Assembly: GCA_964016885.1 (NCBI GenBank)
Contig: OZ024741.1
Location: 137,516,001-137,580,000 of the forward strand
Direction: 5' to 3'
Source of the DNA: Eledone cirrhosa
Lineage: Eukaryota
DNA: 64,000 bases
Part shown: in pieces, positions 15,671 to 29,574 of the stretch
Layout of the letters: each line of letters begins with the position of its first letter
How positions within the stretch are numbered: position 1 is the stretch's first letter
Notes under the pieces: generated by a model
The model's input: only the letters and a program-made list of their open reading frames with translations
Database searches by the model: none
Told to the model about the DNA's origin: nothing
Made by a program: the position numbers and the translations under genes

Positions 15671-17096
15671 TCTAAATCATTTCACTACAATCACCATTAC
15701 AATCCTGCAAATCGATAAGGACAATATTCGATACATAGTAGTGTGTGTGCGTCTGTGTTTGTGTGCAAGTATGTCTGTGTTAGTTTGGGTATGTGTCTGT
15801 TTGTGAGTTAGTTTGTGTTTGTGTATGTGTAGATGTAGGTGTATGTATGTGTGAGTTTGTGTCGATGTTTGAGTTTGACTAGTGTTCCATAGGTTTGTTC
15901 AACGAGGCAGCTTGCTCCCCAAGCACATGGAGTATGCAATGAATTTAAAAAAGATCGATGAGATTTGTGTATCGCCGAAATAAATAAAGATTGTTTGTAA
16001 AACAAATGTCTATTCGTGATAAATATTTCAGCTTGTATGTTTCAATAATGCTCCTTATTTCTACACGAAAAATTAATGTGTAAGTGACTGAGTATATCTT
16101 AGACACATGTAGACATAACGTAATTCTCGAAGAGATTCAACTTGATACAGTGTGTAGCAAAGCTGGCACTTAGAATTAATTGTACAACATATTTGTTGCC
16201 AGCTAGGGCAAATGTTGAAGGAAAGTATCACTGATCAGATTTTACGGGCATGCTGATCGATAGGAAACGCAGAGGTAGACCATGAGCAAGACTGTTGAGT
16301 AACATCCATGAGTTCTGTTGGTCTCCCTTGGGGATCTAGCTAGGCCATTTGGAGACGGTAGCTTCTGTAAGGAACATCTGGAAGGCGGGACTGAAGAAGA
16401 AGAAGAAGGGATAACTGTAAGAATGTAATATAAAGAGTCATGCTGGGAATCGAAATCTCGATATTACGATCGGGAGCCGAACACCATGAGAAGTAAACTC
16501 AGTTTCTGTAGTAAAACCAACATATTTAATACAATAAAATAGTAATCGAAGTAGATAATGTATTTCTGAAAAGGTTGTAAAACATATCACATCACATTTC
16601 TATTCATGGAGGAGATCGGTGGACCTTTGAAATATATTTATCATTATCCGAAAGACTGACATGTGTACGATTAGTATATAGGTGATATGACATAACTAAT
16701 TGCACAGCTATCATCCGAACGTAATGTAAAAGTTCAACAGCCCGTTTCCATCGCCCATAGATGAAATCATTCGTTATGCCATCCGCTGCGTTATTCCACC
16801 AATGGAAATGTTAGTATATACATAAGTTTTTTATAGGCTTGTAGATAAGAAAACTGCATTGTGTTGTTGCAGATTGTTTTTTTAATAAAAGTTTTAATCG
16901 AAATTCGCCATCGGTGTATTTAGTTTTCTGCGTGATTAGACAAGCATATAAGCCGTAATGTACAATGTATGTAGTCTTTAACTCATGTAAACAGTCCTAT
17001 ATGTTTTATATAATGCATTGAGACTTGTAGGTAAAAATGATTGTTTGCACTGACATTTTTGATTATATATATATATATATCCGCTGCTCTTTTGTA

Positions 17097-17177
<81 letters not shown>

Positions 17178-17278
17178 CTCTCTCTATATATATATAGTAA
17201 TATATATGTAATATGTAGTTTCAGAAGATCCCGTTAAGGGTGAAAGCACCGATTCTTTGCTTAAACTTTAATCTGTTA

Positions 17279-17372
<94 letters not shown>

Positions 17373-17486
17373 TATTCAAAAGAGAAGCGGATGGGACTAA
17401 GACAATGGAAAAACAACTGAAAGTTATAGAGAGATTATGTGTGTGTGTATGTAACACACACACACACACACAAACGCACATGCATA

Positions 17487-17530
<44 letters not shown>

Positions 17531-20399
17531 ATATATATGCATATATACATTTATGGATATATATGTTTATATGCAATTAGATATACACGTAGAATATTTA
17601 TATATAACATGGGACTAAAACCATTCTTGAATTAGGGGCGTAAAAGGTTCAACATGGTTCAACAGTTTTGGCCCCCAGTGTGTAGAGCCATTTAACCAAC
17701 GAAAGGCGGATTGTACTAGATGGTTGGACGTATGCTGGTAATTTGTTTACCGCACTCTCACAAACAAACAAACCCACACACGCACACACATATACCTCTG
17801 TGTATGTATAAAGTTTATCTAAATAAAGTATTCAGAAAACGCCCGCATACGCTTTCACTACAATAATCCATATAACTATACACAGAAAAACACAAACCCG
17901 GACTTAGACACACCCACACACTTTATGTCCACTTTAACAATTATAATTACATTCATAGATATAAATTTACAGGCATATTAGTTACTCCGCCTGAATCAAA
18001 TTTTATTGATACTTTATTATTACCTATCTCGCACTCGACGAGATCTCATGTATGGAATAAAGGCGGCCATCTTATTCTTTTCTGAACGATACGAATCACT
18101 TTCTTATATAGTGTCTCTGTGACCTATACTGGAGTAGGCTTTGAAACCCCAGGTAGCAAGCGATTGTGTTGAAAGATTATTTATAATAATGGATTTGGGC
18201 TCTGTACTTAACATAGAATGCTCTTTGTCCTTTATCTATTATACAGAAACCCTTCACACACAAACATACACACACTCACAGACAAACACACATACAAACA
18301 CACACACACATAACACACACATAACACACAGACATATATACGTTTTTGTGTGTTAAGTCTAAGTTATAACGAATCCGGTTAAAGCGACCAATATATGCGA
18401 TTTGTGTATTTCCATACACATGTACGTCGGAATGTAGGTACATGTTTACATGTAATTTCGATACATGTAATTTCGATGCGTGAATTTAAATATATCCTTT
18501 GGCAGAATAGTTATATTTAAATAGTAACTCATTCTAACGATGAATAATCACATTTTCTAAATTCAGTACGTAGGTGGCTTCAAAATTAAATGTCAAGTTA
18601 GAAAACACAGATGTCTTACAGCTCTAGCAGCTTCTTCCTTTGTTTATCTCATAAGATTGTAAAGAATGTAGGCTCAGCAAGGCTGAATGGTTAAGAAGTT
18701 CGCTTTGCATTCATAAGGTCCCAAGTTCGATCCCACACAGAGGTATCTTGAGTAAGGGCCATTTACCATAGCGTCGGACCAACTCAGAAATTTTCAGTGT
18801 AATTGGTTAGAGGAAAATTATCTGTAAACCCATCGAATGGACTGCGTCTGTAATTAAAAAGGGCTAGCCTTGTTACACACTTCATAACACTGAATCTTTC
18901 TGAGAGATACGTTAAGCTTACACGTGCCTGTGGAATACTCAGCTACCAAAACAGAAAATCTCCTTTAGCTTAGCCTCGGATTCAGATCGATCCAAGCCTT
19001 TTGAACATAATTGAATAGATGAAATTTTGAAGCTCGTCGGAATAACTGTGTCAGTAGTAAAAAGTTACGACCCTAATATACACTGCATCATGCTAAATAT
19101 GTCTGTACATTACATTAAGGTAACGCATCTGTGGTATACTCAGCCACTTACACATTCAATTCCTGAGCTGTTTGTTCCTTTAATTAAACAACTGTTACAC
19201 TAGCTGCAGAACCGATAGAGGCTCAGCATGTAATAGAAGTAAAGAGCAGTATTGAAAAATAATCGCTAAAATATTTATAATAAAGAGATACGTGTGTCAA
19301 AGCAAAATGTTTTCAGTAATAGGCAAATCACGCCCACTCGGTTAAATTCGCTTCCTGGCACTGAATATCTCGTTACGGTTACACGTATCTCTGGAATGCT
19401 TAGCCATTTGCATTTTGAATTTAACGAGGAAGTGGCTACAATGATCGAACACACATCGTCGATAACGGTGAATAAAATCCATTTAATTCCATACAAAATA
19501 ATGAATGATATTGAAAGGTTTGCCACCATATTTAAATAATCTGAACGCGAAAGCTTTATGATGTGGAAAAAATTCAAATTTTCCTAGTGACAGAATTATA
19601 TATGAATACAAAATTTTTGATTGCATGTAAAGCAAATGTAAAAGGTGTTAATAAAATGAATTGTCAGTTTTATCGCAGAGCTATTAAGAGGTGCAACAGC
19701 ATTTTTATATAGCACAAAACACTCACACATATACTCACATGCATAGATGCAGACACAGCACACACAAACACACACACACATACATATATACTGATGTTTA
19801 TATATATATATATTCAAATGCATCAGCAATTTTATATAGAACAACGTTTACTTCGATTACGGAATATATGAAGTATTCCGTTACTAAGCAACGTTGGACT
19901 TGTTATAGAAAGAAAGTATTATGTATCGGAACGAAAGCACCATAAGAATATTACGAAGTTGTAATTTAATAATTCAACATAGTAGTGATTGCATACTATA
20001 TTAATATATTAATTCCCAGGAAATATCAGGAGTTACTGGCGTGATTGCTTCAATAAGAAACATCTTTTAAGTAGCTGCATTTACAGTTAAAATTGTCACT
20101 TAGAATAAAAAACAGGAATATTATTTATTTAGTCAATTTAAACGTCCGTATAGAGCTAGTAAGACACGATAGACTATGGGAGAAGCAAAAAACAAGATTT
20201 ACAGAGATAAATGAAAATGAAAATGAAAATGAAAATGAAAATGAAAATCAAGATATAAAATAAAATGAAATAAAATAAAACAAAATAAAAAATATAAATA
20301 GGGAAAGTCAATGGGAGGCAAATTATAAAAAAAGGCAAAGAAAAAATGGGAAACAAGGGAAGCTGTAAAGCAGCAAGGAGGTTCTGTTGAATCTTTTCG

Positions 20400-20780
20400 T
20401 AACCTCCATGTACCCAAATATTTTGTTCATAGTTGGTAGATATTTTACAATATATTGTATCATCAATCTTGGTACTTTTTTAATGATCGACTTCAAAATG
20501 TCTTCTCTCTCGGACTAATTATTTATACATTTGATCAAATAGTGCCAAATAGTTTATGGGAAGTTCCGACAAAATCATGTAGGTGATTCTCTACAACTAG
20601 TTCGTGATAAAATGTAATTCAATGGTATATGTCCAGTTCGAAGACAGCATAGTCTTTTTTGATTATTAACATTGCTCAGTGTCAGATATGTTTTAAATGT
20701 TGTCAGATCTGGTTGAGAAAATGGAGGATTGAAATTTGAGAACATATTTCTAGGTTCTTCCCCCAAATTCTTCCACTCTT
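20400..20780 (-). pseudogene. 3' fragment of an I/Jockey-group LINE ORF2 (C-terminal zinc-finger region)
   Basis: Minus-strand translation LRTGHIPLNYILSR...SPT*FCRNFP*TIWHYLIKC matches the LRTGH..LN...CX2C..ET..H...C pattern, with two stop mutations. Confidence 0.6.
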
Positions 20781-20799
20781 AACTAATTATATTTTTGAT

Positions 20800-20893
<94 letters not shown>

Positions 20894-21787
20894 GATGCAA
20901 CTAGAAAAAATTATATGAATTGTAATCCCTCAAATTTTCCATTCAGAAGTATTTTACTAAATGTGAGATTCGTTGTCTGGTTCGTCATGCGTGATAAACA
21001 GATTTCCACGGGGGAGATTATTGTACATTTTGCAGTGTCTGGGTAAGCGTAATGCGATGTTGTCCTGTTGGTTATTTTGGTGAAATGGCGTTTGAAGATG
21101 CGTGCCATAGTTGTTATGGTGTTTGACTTCCGACGTCGAGTTCTGTCTTTGAGTAAGACACTGTAATGATCCAGTCCGTTAACGAACTGAGTTGTCTCTG
21201 TAATCCAATGAATCAGTCTTGTTACATTACGCTGATCTCCATAATGATTACAGTAAAAGTACACGATTCTGTGGAATACTCAGTGACTTGCAAGTTAATT
21301 TGGTAATCAAGATATTCCGTTATCCAAATACTAGAACATTGATCGTTGGAACTGATGGACATAAAACACACACACAGAGGTCAAATTTGGGGAGAATTAT
21401 ATATCAGTGTAAGGAGGATTGTGTATGTGTATGTGTGCGTGAGATTGTCTTCCATCGATGTATATCGGTAAATTAATCGAAATATCGGTAATCTTCCATT
21501 GAAGTCTCTTGCTGCATTTGCTTTGTATCTAGGTAGATTCTCCCTTGGCTCTTTCGCCATCACAATGCAGTGGATCAGAGAGCTGTCTGTTGCACACCGG
21601 CACTAATATAATTTCTACAATTTCTATAATTTCTACATTTATTGGAAGCAGAACCGATGACTCAGGTTTGGTTCTTGATTGAAGTCTTGTAATATGTCAG
21701 CGAAACCAAGATATTCGAAGACAAACTCATTATCATTTCACCAGTAAATACAATAGACACGTGTGTCTATGTTTCGATCTTATTGTC

Positions 21788-22850
21788 GATTGGCAGTATC
21801 GGTAGAGGGTCGGACGCCATGCTTTCCAGCATAGTTACGTCCCTTTACGATCTGAGTTAAAATCCCGCCGAGGTTGACTTTGCCTTTCATCCTTACGAGG
21901 TCGATAAAAAATAAAGTACCAGTAATGCACTGGATAATTGCTGGCCTTGTGCCTAAAGTAGAAACAATTATTACTATTTATTATATTTGGGCGGTGGATT
22001 GGCAGTATCGTTAGAGGGTCTGATGCCATGCTTTAAAGCATGGAGTTACGGGCCTTTACGATCTGAGTTCTGAGAATTGCACTGGATTCGATTTAATCGA
22101 CCTTCTCGTTCCTTTCAAATTACTAGCCCTGCTCCAAATATAGAAACAATTGATCCTGTAGCAGTGGAGAGTTCCAGCGTTCTTGGCCCTCGGACCACAT
22201 CTCTGTTCACTGCTATCGAAGCGGAGTTGGCTGCCCGTATGTGTGAGCCCCATCAGGTGGAGTGGCTGTTCCAACGAGTCTCCTTCACTGTCCTCTTGGG
22301 AAATGTCATCTTTAACTTGTAGGACGTGACCACAAGCGGACGACCTTATAGAACAGAAGAAGGGTGGCAGTCAGACAAAAAGGTTAATAATTGTTTCTAC
22401 TTTTGGCACAAGGCCAGCAATTACCCAGTGTATTACTGGTACTTTATTTTATCGACCCCGTAAGGATGAAAAGCAAAGTTAACCTCGGCGGGATTTGAAC
22501 TCAGAATGGCAAATCCCGCCGAGGTTAACTTTGCCTTTCATCCTTACGGAGTCGATAAAATAAAGCACCAGCAATGCACTAGGATAATTGCTGGCCTTGT
22601 GCCAAAAGTAGAAACAATTATTACTATTTATTATAAAGGCTGTGGATTGGTAGTCGTTAGAACGTCGGAAAAAAGCTCAGAAGTATTTGTTCCGGCTTTT
22701 TACGTTCCGAGTTCATATCCTGCCGATGTCAACATTGCCTTTCAGCTTTCCGTGGTCGGTAAAATAAAGTACCAATCAAGTACTCGATTTCATTTAATCT
22801 CTTTGTCCTTCCACCAAAATTACTGGCCTTAAGCCTAAATTAGAAACCAT
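21788..22850. mobile_element. Cluster of SINE family 1 copies (21788-21970 +, 21990-22150 + rearranged, 22385-22506 -, 22510-22623 +, 22640-22850 + old)
   Basis: Repeated TGGCAGTATCGGTAGAG head, AAATCCCGCCGAGG B-box end, GCCTTTCATCCTTACG body and TTGCTGGCCTTGTGCC..AGTAGAAAC tail. Confidence 0.85.
22150..22322 (+). pseudogene. Fragment of a CRE-clade (restriction-like endonuclease) non-LTR retrotransposon C-terminus
   Basis: DPVAVESSSVLGP...EWLFQRVSFTVLLGN resembles the P.a.E..G..g...l.QRls..v.rGN motif at the end of CRE-type elements. Confidence 0.55.
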
Positions 22851-24058
22851 TGTTACTATATATAAAATGTTACCAAGCCGATAGCCAAGGCTCGGTTCTC
22901 GTTAGAAACCATTCAATAAATATAGATTTGGAAGTTACAGTAAATGAAAATAAATAGAAATATATGCGGAGGAAGAAACTGTTATTATGGTGGCATATAC
23001 CAGAGACAGTAATGCCAATACTTCGTTCATATTCTTATTATATATTAAATATATTAACACTAACAAGATATATTTTTCATGCCAGATCACAACTGGTGTT
23101 TTCGTTAGTTTCTTTCTCCACAAAACAAAGAAGACATATTAGAGAGAACTTCATACATGATGAAATCAAGCAAAAGACATATAATTAACTGAAATATGAA
23201 ATCACAAAACATACAGAATATTGAATATTGCTTACAAGGACTGCATAACGCAATAAAAGACACATCCGTATGACTTCATGATAAATTCATGAAATTATAG
23301 CCTTGTGGTTTGTACTACAGCACACACACAGATTTATACACATATATACAAACACATATACACACGTAAACAAATAAACACACACACACACATTTATATA
23401 TGTATATATATATATATATATATACACATATATATGAAGAAAATTAGGTATATGTTTGTCTATTTGCTCTTTACACTTATAATTGTTATATATATATATA
23501 TATATACGCACACACATACTACACATACACAGATAAACACACTCTCTGTTGTCTGTCTGTCTCTCTCTCTCTGCTCCCCTCTCTCTCTCTCTCTCACACA
23601 CACAGACATATATATATATACATACATGGTGGCTGCCAACTCGTTTTCGAGTACGGCCACTACTTTATATCCATGTAGGAGAAACCCTACCAATGCGCTG
23701 AACGAGTGTGACTTTTTAGTCCAGCCAGCGACTTGAAAACTCTGGTACAAACACTACACTTGTGATAATTATTGACACATAGTGCTGGGCCCAAGGTACC
23801 ATGTGACAACAAGTGCAGTGAGATCTCCAGATATAAAGCAATGCCTGTCCCGTGAAGCTTTTATAGTTAGCAAAGGCACTGCACAAAGTCAGTCCCACTT
23901 TCTTAACCAAGATGATATTTACCAAAAAGAAGAACAAGTCAACATCATTGGATACCATAAGGGTTGCAGGTGTTATATCAGAGTTATCCTTCTCCTAGAA
24001 TTCTGCCTTGACAAAGGCTAAGGGGTCATCTATCCCGGGTCATCTCTACATACATACA

Positions 24059-24126
<68 letters not shown>

Positions 24127-24251
24127 GAAGGAAGTGTGGTAAGGAACCAGGTGGACCCTAATGCACTCAATACTTAGGGTAGTAGAGTGGGTAATAGGAA
24201 AATGTTCAAGACCCGACGGCGGAGCTCAAGCCGTTTCAACATATATGTATT

Positions 24252-24334
<83 letters not shown>

Positions 24335-24559
24335 GTGTGTGTGTAATGTCAAACAACGGAAAACAAGAAAAGCGAAAGTGAAGTAGTTAATTAATCTATT
24401 GTTTTATGATCGATTCAGAGATCGAAAGTATCGATATACAGTCTACTCGATGGCAGTTATGCAACTCCTCACACATAAGTATAAGCATGAAGTATATACT
24501 CTTTTACCTGTTCCAGCCAGCCACCTGAGGCCATTCTGGGGCAACACCCTTGTTGTTAC

Positions 24560-25045
24560 ATGTTCTATCTCCAGCCTGTGTTGGCTGGCCTTTGGTGTAA
24601 GAGGGAGTTCGTCTCTGCTGCCCTTAGGTTACCTTCGTACCGTGTTGTGGGCTTATCCGGGATCCTGGATACCTGAGTGTCAAGATGTTTCTTGAAAACA
24701 TCCACGTCCACACCATGAATATCTCTAAGATTTCTTGGCAGATTGTTGAAGAGTTGAGGGCCCTGGAACACCAGGCTATTGAAATATCTGCTCCCTATTC
24801 TAGATGTGAAAGACGGGAACTTTGGCACCACACAGTGACGTCCTGTTCGTGGGCTGGTCCAGCTCTCAATGCCAAAGTTTGGTGCTAGTTCCTTCAGGAT
24901 TTTCCATATGTATATCACTGCGTATCTCTCCCGTTTCACAAATGAAGTTCCACTTCATTTAGCCTCTCCCACTAGCTCATCTCCTTCATTGTGGCAATAC
25001 TCTTGGTGTAGCTTCATTGGATTGGCTCAAGCTCATTGATACACT
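24560..25045 (-). pseudogene. 3' fragment of a CR1/L2-group LINE ORF2
   Basis: INELEPIQ*SYTKSI..MS*WERL followed by RERYAVIYIWKIL..APN..GPQLFNNLP..FKKHLD..IPDKP, typical of the C-terminus downstream of CR1-group RT. Confidence 0.8.
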
Positions 25046-25070
25046 GTAGGGAAAGGTCGCTTGTATATGT

Positions 25071-25110
<40 letters not shown>

Positions 25111-25387
25111 ACATATACAAGCAACACTTCCCTACAGTGTATCAATGGATTTCAGCCAATACTCTATATATTATACAAGCGGAAATTTGAATTCTCTACA
25201 AAGTTGAATTTACCATCTATCACATTACTGCTGTCAGTTTTCCCGCCCATATGCTCATCGGTCAATGATATTAATAACCTTTCATTTTATCAAAATCTAA
25301 TCCAGATTTTCAACAGCCTACGATTGTGAATTGACATTTCTATTGTTTAAAATAATTTGACTCGACGTCTCTTTGGCTGCCAATACA

Positions 25388-25502
<115 letters not shown>

Positions 25503-25628
25503 GGTAAACATTGATGCAATTCAATTCAAGCACTCAACGTACTTTTTCCACATAGGAGTGACGGAGTAAATATCGAATAATGAAAAGCGAAGTAGTTTCA
25601 GATGTTCTGAAACTACTTCACTTTTCTT

Positions 25629-25757
<129 letters not shown>

Positions 25758-25996
25758 AACATATATATATATATAAACAACATAAAAACAGGTAGAATTC
25801 CCAAAACTAATCAGATCAGAGCAAACATCACGGACGCTCTATCTCAAAATTATTTTTGAAAAGCATTAGAAATGCGCAACCGGTAAAATTAAAAACCAAA
25901 ACTGAATACTAACCAATACTATTACTAATTCTCACTTATTCCTAATGAAACTATTTTTCACTGTGAACAATTTGTCAGCATTTTCTATTCCGTTTA

Positions 25997-26064
<68 letters not shown>

Positions 26065-26407
26065 AAAGAGTTAAACAAGATTCAATGAGTACATCAAAGA
26101 ATGAGTTTTACAATAGATTGAAAGTACTCTACAGAAAGATATTTTCCAGAGTTATTAATATTAAATTCAAATATTAATAAAATAGATGTTCTTGTGATCA
26201 ATTAAGTTATTCCGGGTTGAATCGGGGGTAACCGTAGTAAGTAATATACTCAATACATAGCAGAGTATAAATGTTTTAATATAGAAAAGCTTCAGCAGGA
26301 CTAGAACTGTTTCATTCGTGACAAATCATCAATCGGGGGGGGGGGGGGGTATTCCCAAGGATTTCTCACGAATGAAACAGTTCTAGTCTTGTAGAGGTTT
26401 TTCTGTA

Positions 26408-26452
<45 letters not shown>

Positions 26453-26531
26453 AAATGGCTTGTACAGGACTAGAACTATTTCATTCGAAGGAAATCCTTG
26501 GGAATACCCCCGATTGAACCCGGGACACACA

Positions 26532-26599
<68 letters not shown>

Positions 26600-26600
26600 A

Positions 26601-26632
<32 letters not shown>

Positions 26633-27279
26633 AACAAAGTCTAGGAATGACGGTTGTTGAAGTAGACAATAGCTTTAGGGAATAAGCCGTGTCAGAGAGT
26701 TGAGGGAGTTATATTAATTGATAGATAACTTTATAGTACTAGATAGATACAGAGGAGTAATGTTAGAAAGAGAATGGGTCATCGATACATCAACACATAC
26801 ATTAAGTTACGAAACTTACAGGCATAGAGATATATAGATACATGCATAGATAGATATAGATACTGATAGATAGATTGGTAGATACATATATTCAGATATG
26901 GAGGGTGAGGAAGTAACAGAGGTAATATACTGTAGTGTGATTTGTGTTCATTCCGTTTTGTGATTTGATTTATGGCCGGGAGCCATGTCAAGGAATTATG
27001 TTACAAGTCTAGACTGACGAGGATTTAAAAGCTGTATAAAAATCTAATAAACAAGGTCTGAAAGCTGGGATGTAAAGTGAAGAATCAAATCGCCATCAAA
27101 ATCTCAAGCACATACATTGAAGCATACATTTATACATATACACACATATGTATATATACAGATATATTATATATACACATGTATTCTTTCACACACACAC
27201 ATATATATATATATATTTAAATATTTTCTGCGCCAACTTAGCTTAATACGCATGTATATACATACATACACACAAAGTA

Positions 27280-27320
<41 letters not shown>

Positions 27321-27870
27321 TCAATTTAAGGAACCATTGGTTTTGAGGATGAATGGCAAAAATGGACGTACTGTATCGTGTCGCATAATTGCTATCGTTT
27401 ACTCAATATATTGCTATAATCATTGTTTATTTTGCCCTTTGAAACGACCCTAAAACAATGGTTTAAGAAACTAAACCTTGCCTTATTTGTTTCCATTGTT
27501 CATTGTTCAACTTTTCTTATTTGTAAAGACTGATATAGTTAAGATTGATATTTATCTTTTGCTCACACACATGATCGTCGAAAATAGATGTGCAGTCACA
27601 GATTTGTCCACAATGTGAGCATCACATTTTTAATATTTAACTTTCTACGTATACATCCCATGGTCATTCGTGAGCGAAGGAGGTTTTGCCCTTCACTACC
27701 CTATATATATATATAGGGAAAAAGTCAGGACCCCGATGGCCGAGCTCCGGCCATTTCGGCAATCTAGCTGTCGAAACGACCGGAGCTCAGCCGTCAGGGT
27801 CCTGACTCTTTTCCCATTACCCACTCTCCCTAAGTATCGAATACTGTGGTGCGGTATGGCCCATCATATA

Positions 27871-27942
<72 letters not shown>

Positions 27943-28028
27943 CTAAGCCAGCAGTATTGACTTAGTTCGGATCTAGCTGCCGAAACGGCCGGAGCTCAGC
28001 CATCGGGGACCTGACTCTGACTCTTTCC

Positions 28029-28086
<58 letters not shown>

Positions 28087-28629
28087 TAAAAGTAATTGAG
28101 GTAATTAAATATTTACACATTTCTTCTAAGTTTATTTTACACCTAATTGTGTTTAGTTGACTGTATATCTGGTCGATTTATACATGCTGTCGAAATGTTC
28201 GATAAATACTCCGTCATAACCGCCGCGAAGGGGCTGCTTTCGGTTATTTGTCGGAGATTTCTTCATAGGAGCCTTTATTCTTATAGCTTGGTCTAATTGA
28301 TTTTTTATATGGTTAATTATGCTAATTGGGAGGGGAAACGGTATATATTTTATCTAGTGATTCTATAGACATGTTTTATGATATATAGCTCTGATTATTT
28401 AATTTGTTAATTCTTCATTGAGCCACAACGTGACCCGTTGCAAAACACATATATATCTATGACTTTATATATATGTAAACCTTTATATATATATATATAT
28501 ATAGGGTAGTGAAAGGCAAAACCCTCTTCGGTCATGATTGACCATGCGATGTATACGTAGAAAGTTCCCATTGGAGGCACAAGTCGGTGAAAAGTTGTTT
28601 GTGGAAGACCAGCAGTCGCCCTCAGCTTC

Positions 28630-28668
28630 CTGATGATTTCTCACGAATGAAACAGTTCTAGTCCTGTA
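28630..28668 (+). ncRNA. Minimal hammerhead-like motif (family C)
   Basis: CTGATGA-tTTCtcacGAAt-GAAA-CAGTTCTAG-TC. Stem I is not canonical. Related copies at ~26290-26410, 26460-26490, 31460-31490, 52436-52525 and 60100-60140. Confidence 0.45.
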
Positions 28669-28672
28669 TAAG

Positions 28673-28787
<115 letters not shown>

Positions 28788-29574
28788 AAAAAATGAAACG
28801 AAATTTCATTTCTCATTCTTAGTACGGCTGTTACTTAAATATAAGTATGTATACGTACATACATATATGTATATAGACGTACAGTAGTATGTATATACAT
28901 ACATACATGCACACACATATATATATGTACGTATCGTTTTTACCGAACATTTATTATAATGCTCGGTTTGTTTGTAAACAAACATCCCGAATTAAGCCAT
29001 ACATTGTTTAGCAACAATCGTTGCCCTTTTGTTCAACACTGACAAAGGAACGATGTACTAGTTTCAAGCTTATTAGCTATCGCAGCATCGTATACCTTCC
29101 TGCCAGATGATTGAACGTCTGAAAGTATATACTTTCCTTATGCATATGAACGGCTGGCAGCCTAATTTGCATATCGAGTGAGTTAGTCGGCTGGGCGCAC
29201 CGAAAACGATAAATGGAAAAAATGAAACGAAATTTAATTTCTCACTCTTAGTACGGCTTAATTCGGGCTGTTTGTTTGTTTACAAACAAACCGAGCATTA
29301 TAATAAATGTTCGGTAAAAACGATACGTACATATATATATGTGTGCATGTATATATATATATACATATTACTGTACGTCTGTATACATATATGTATGTAC
29401 GTATACATACTTATATATATATTGGAAAATGTGTGTAATCCTTGGTACAGTTAGGTATATATATATATATATACATATATATAAATGCCTCAGTAGATTA
29501 TTCTCTGTAAAACGACTCCTATGCTTGAGTTCGTAGAGTCTTACATGTGTAATCAAAGGAAACGTAAGACGTGT

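Noticed and set aside
27010-27066. CTGACGA...GAAA possible hammerhead
   Set aside because: GAAA does not directly follow the putative stem II, and stems I/III cannot be formed.
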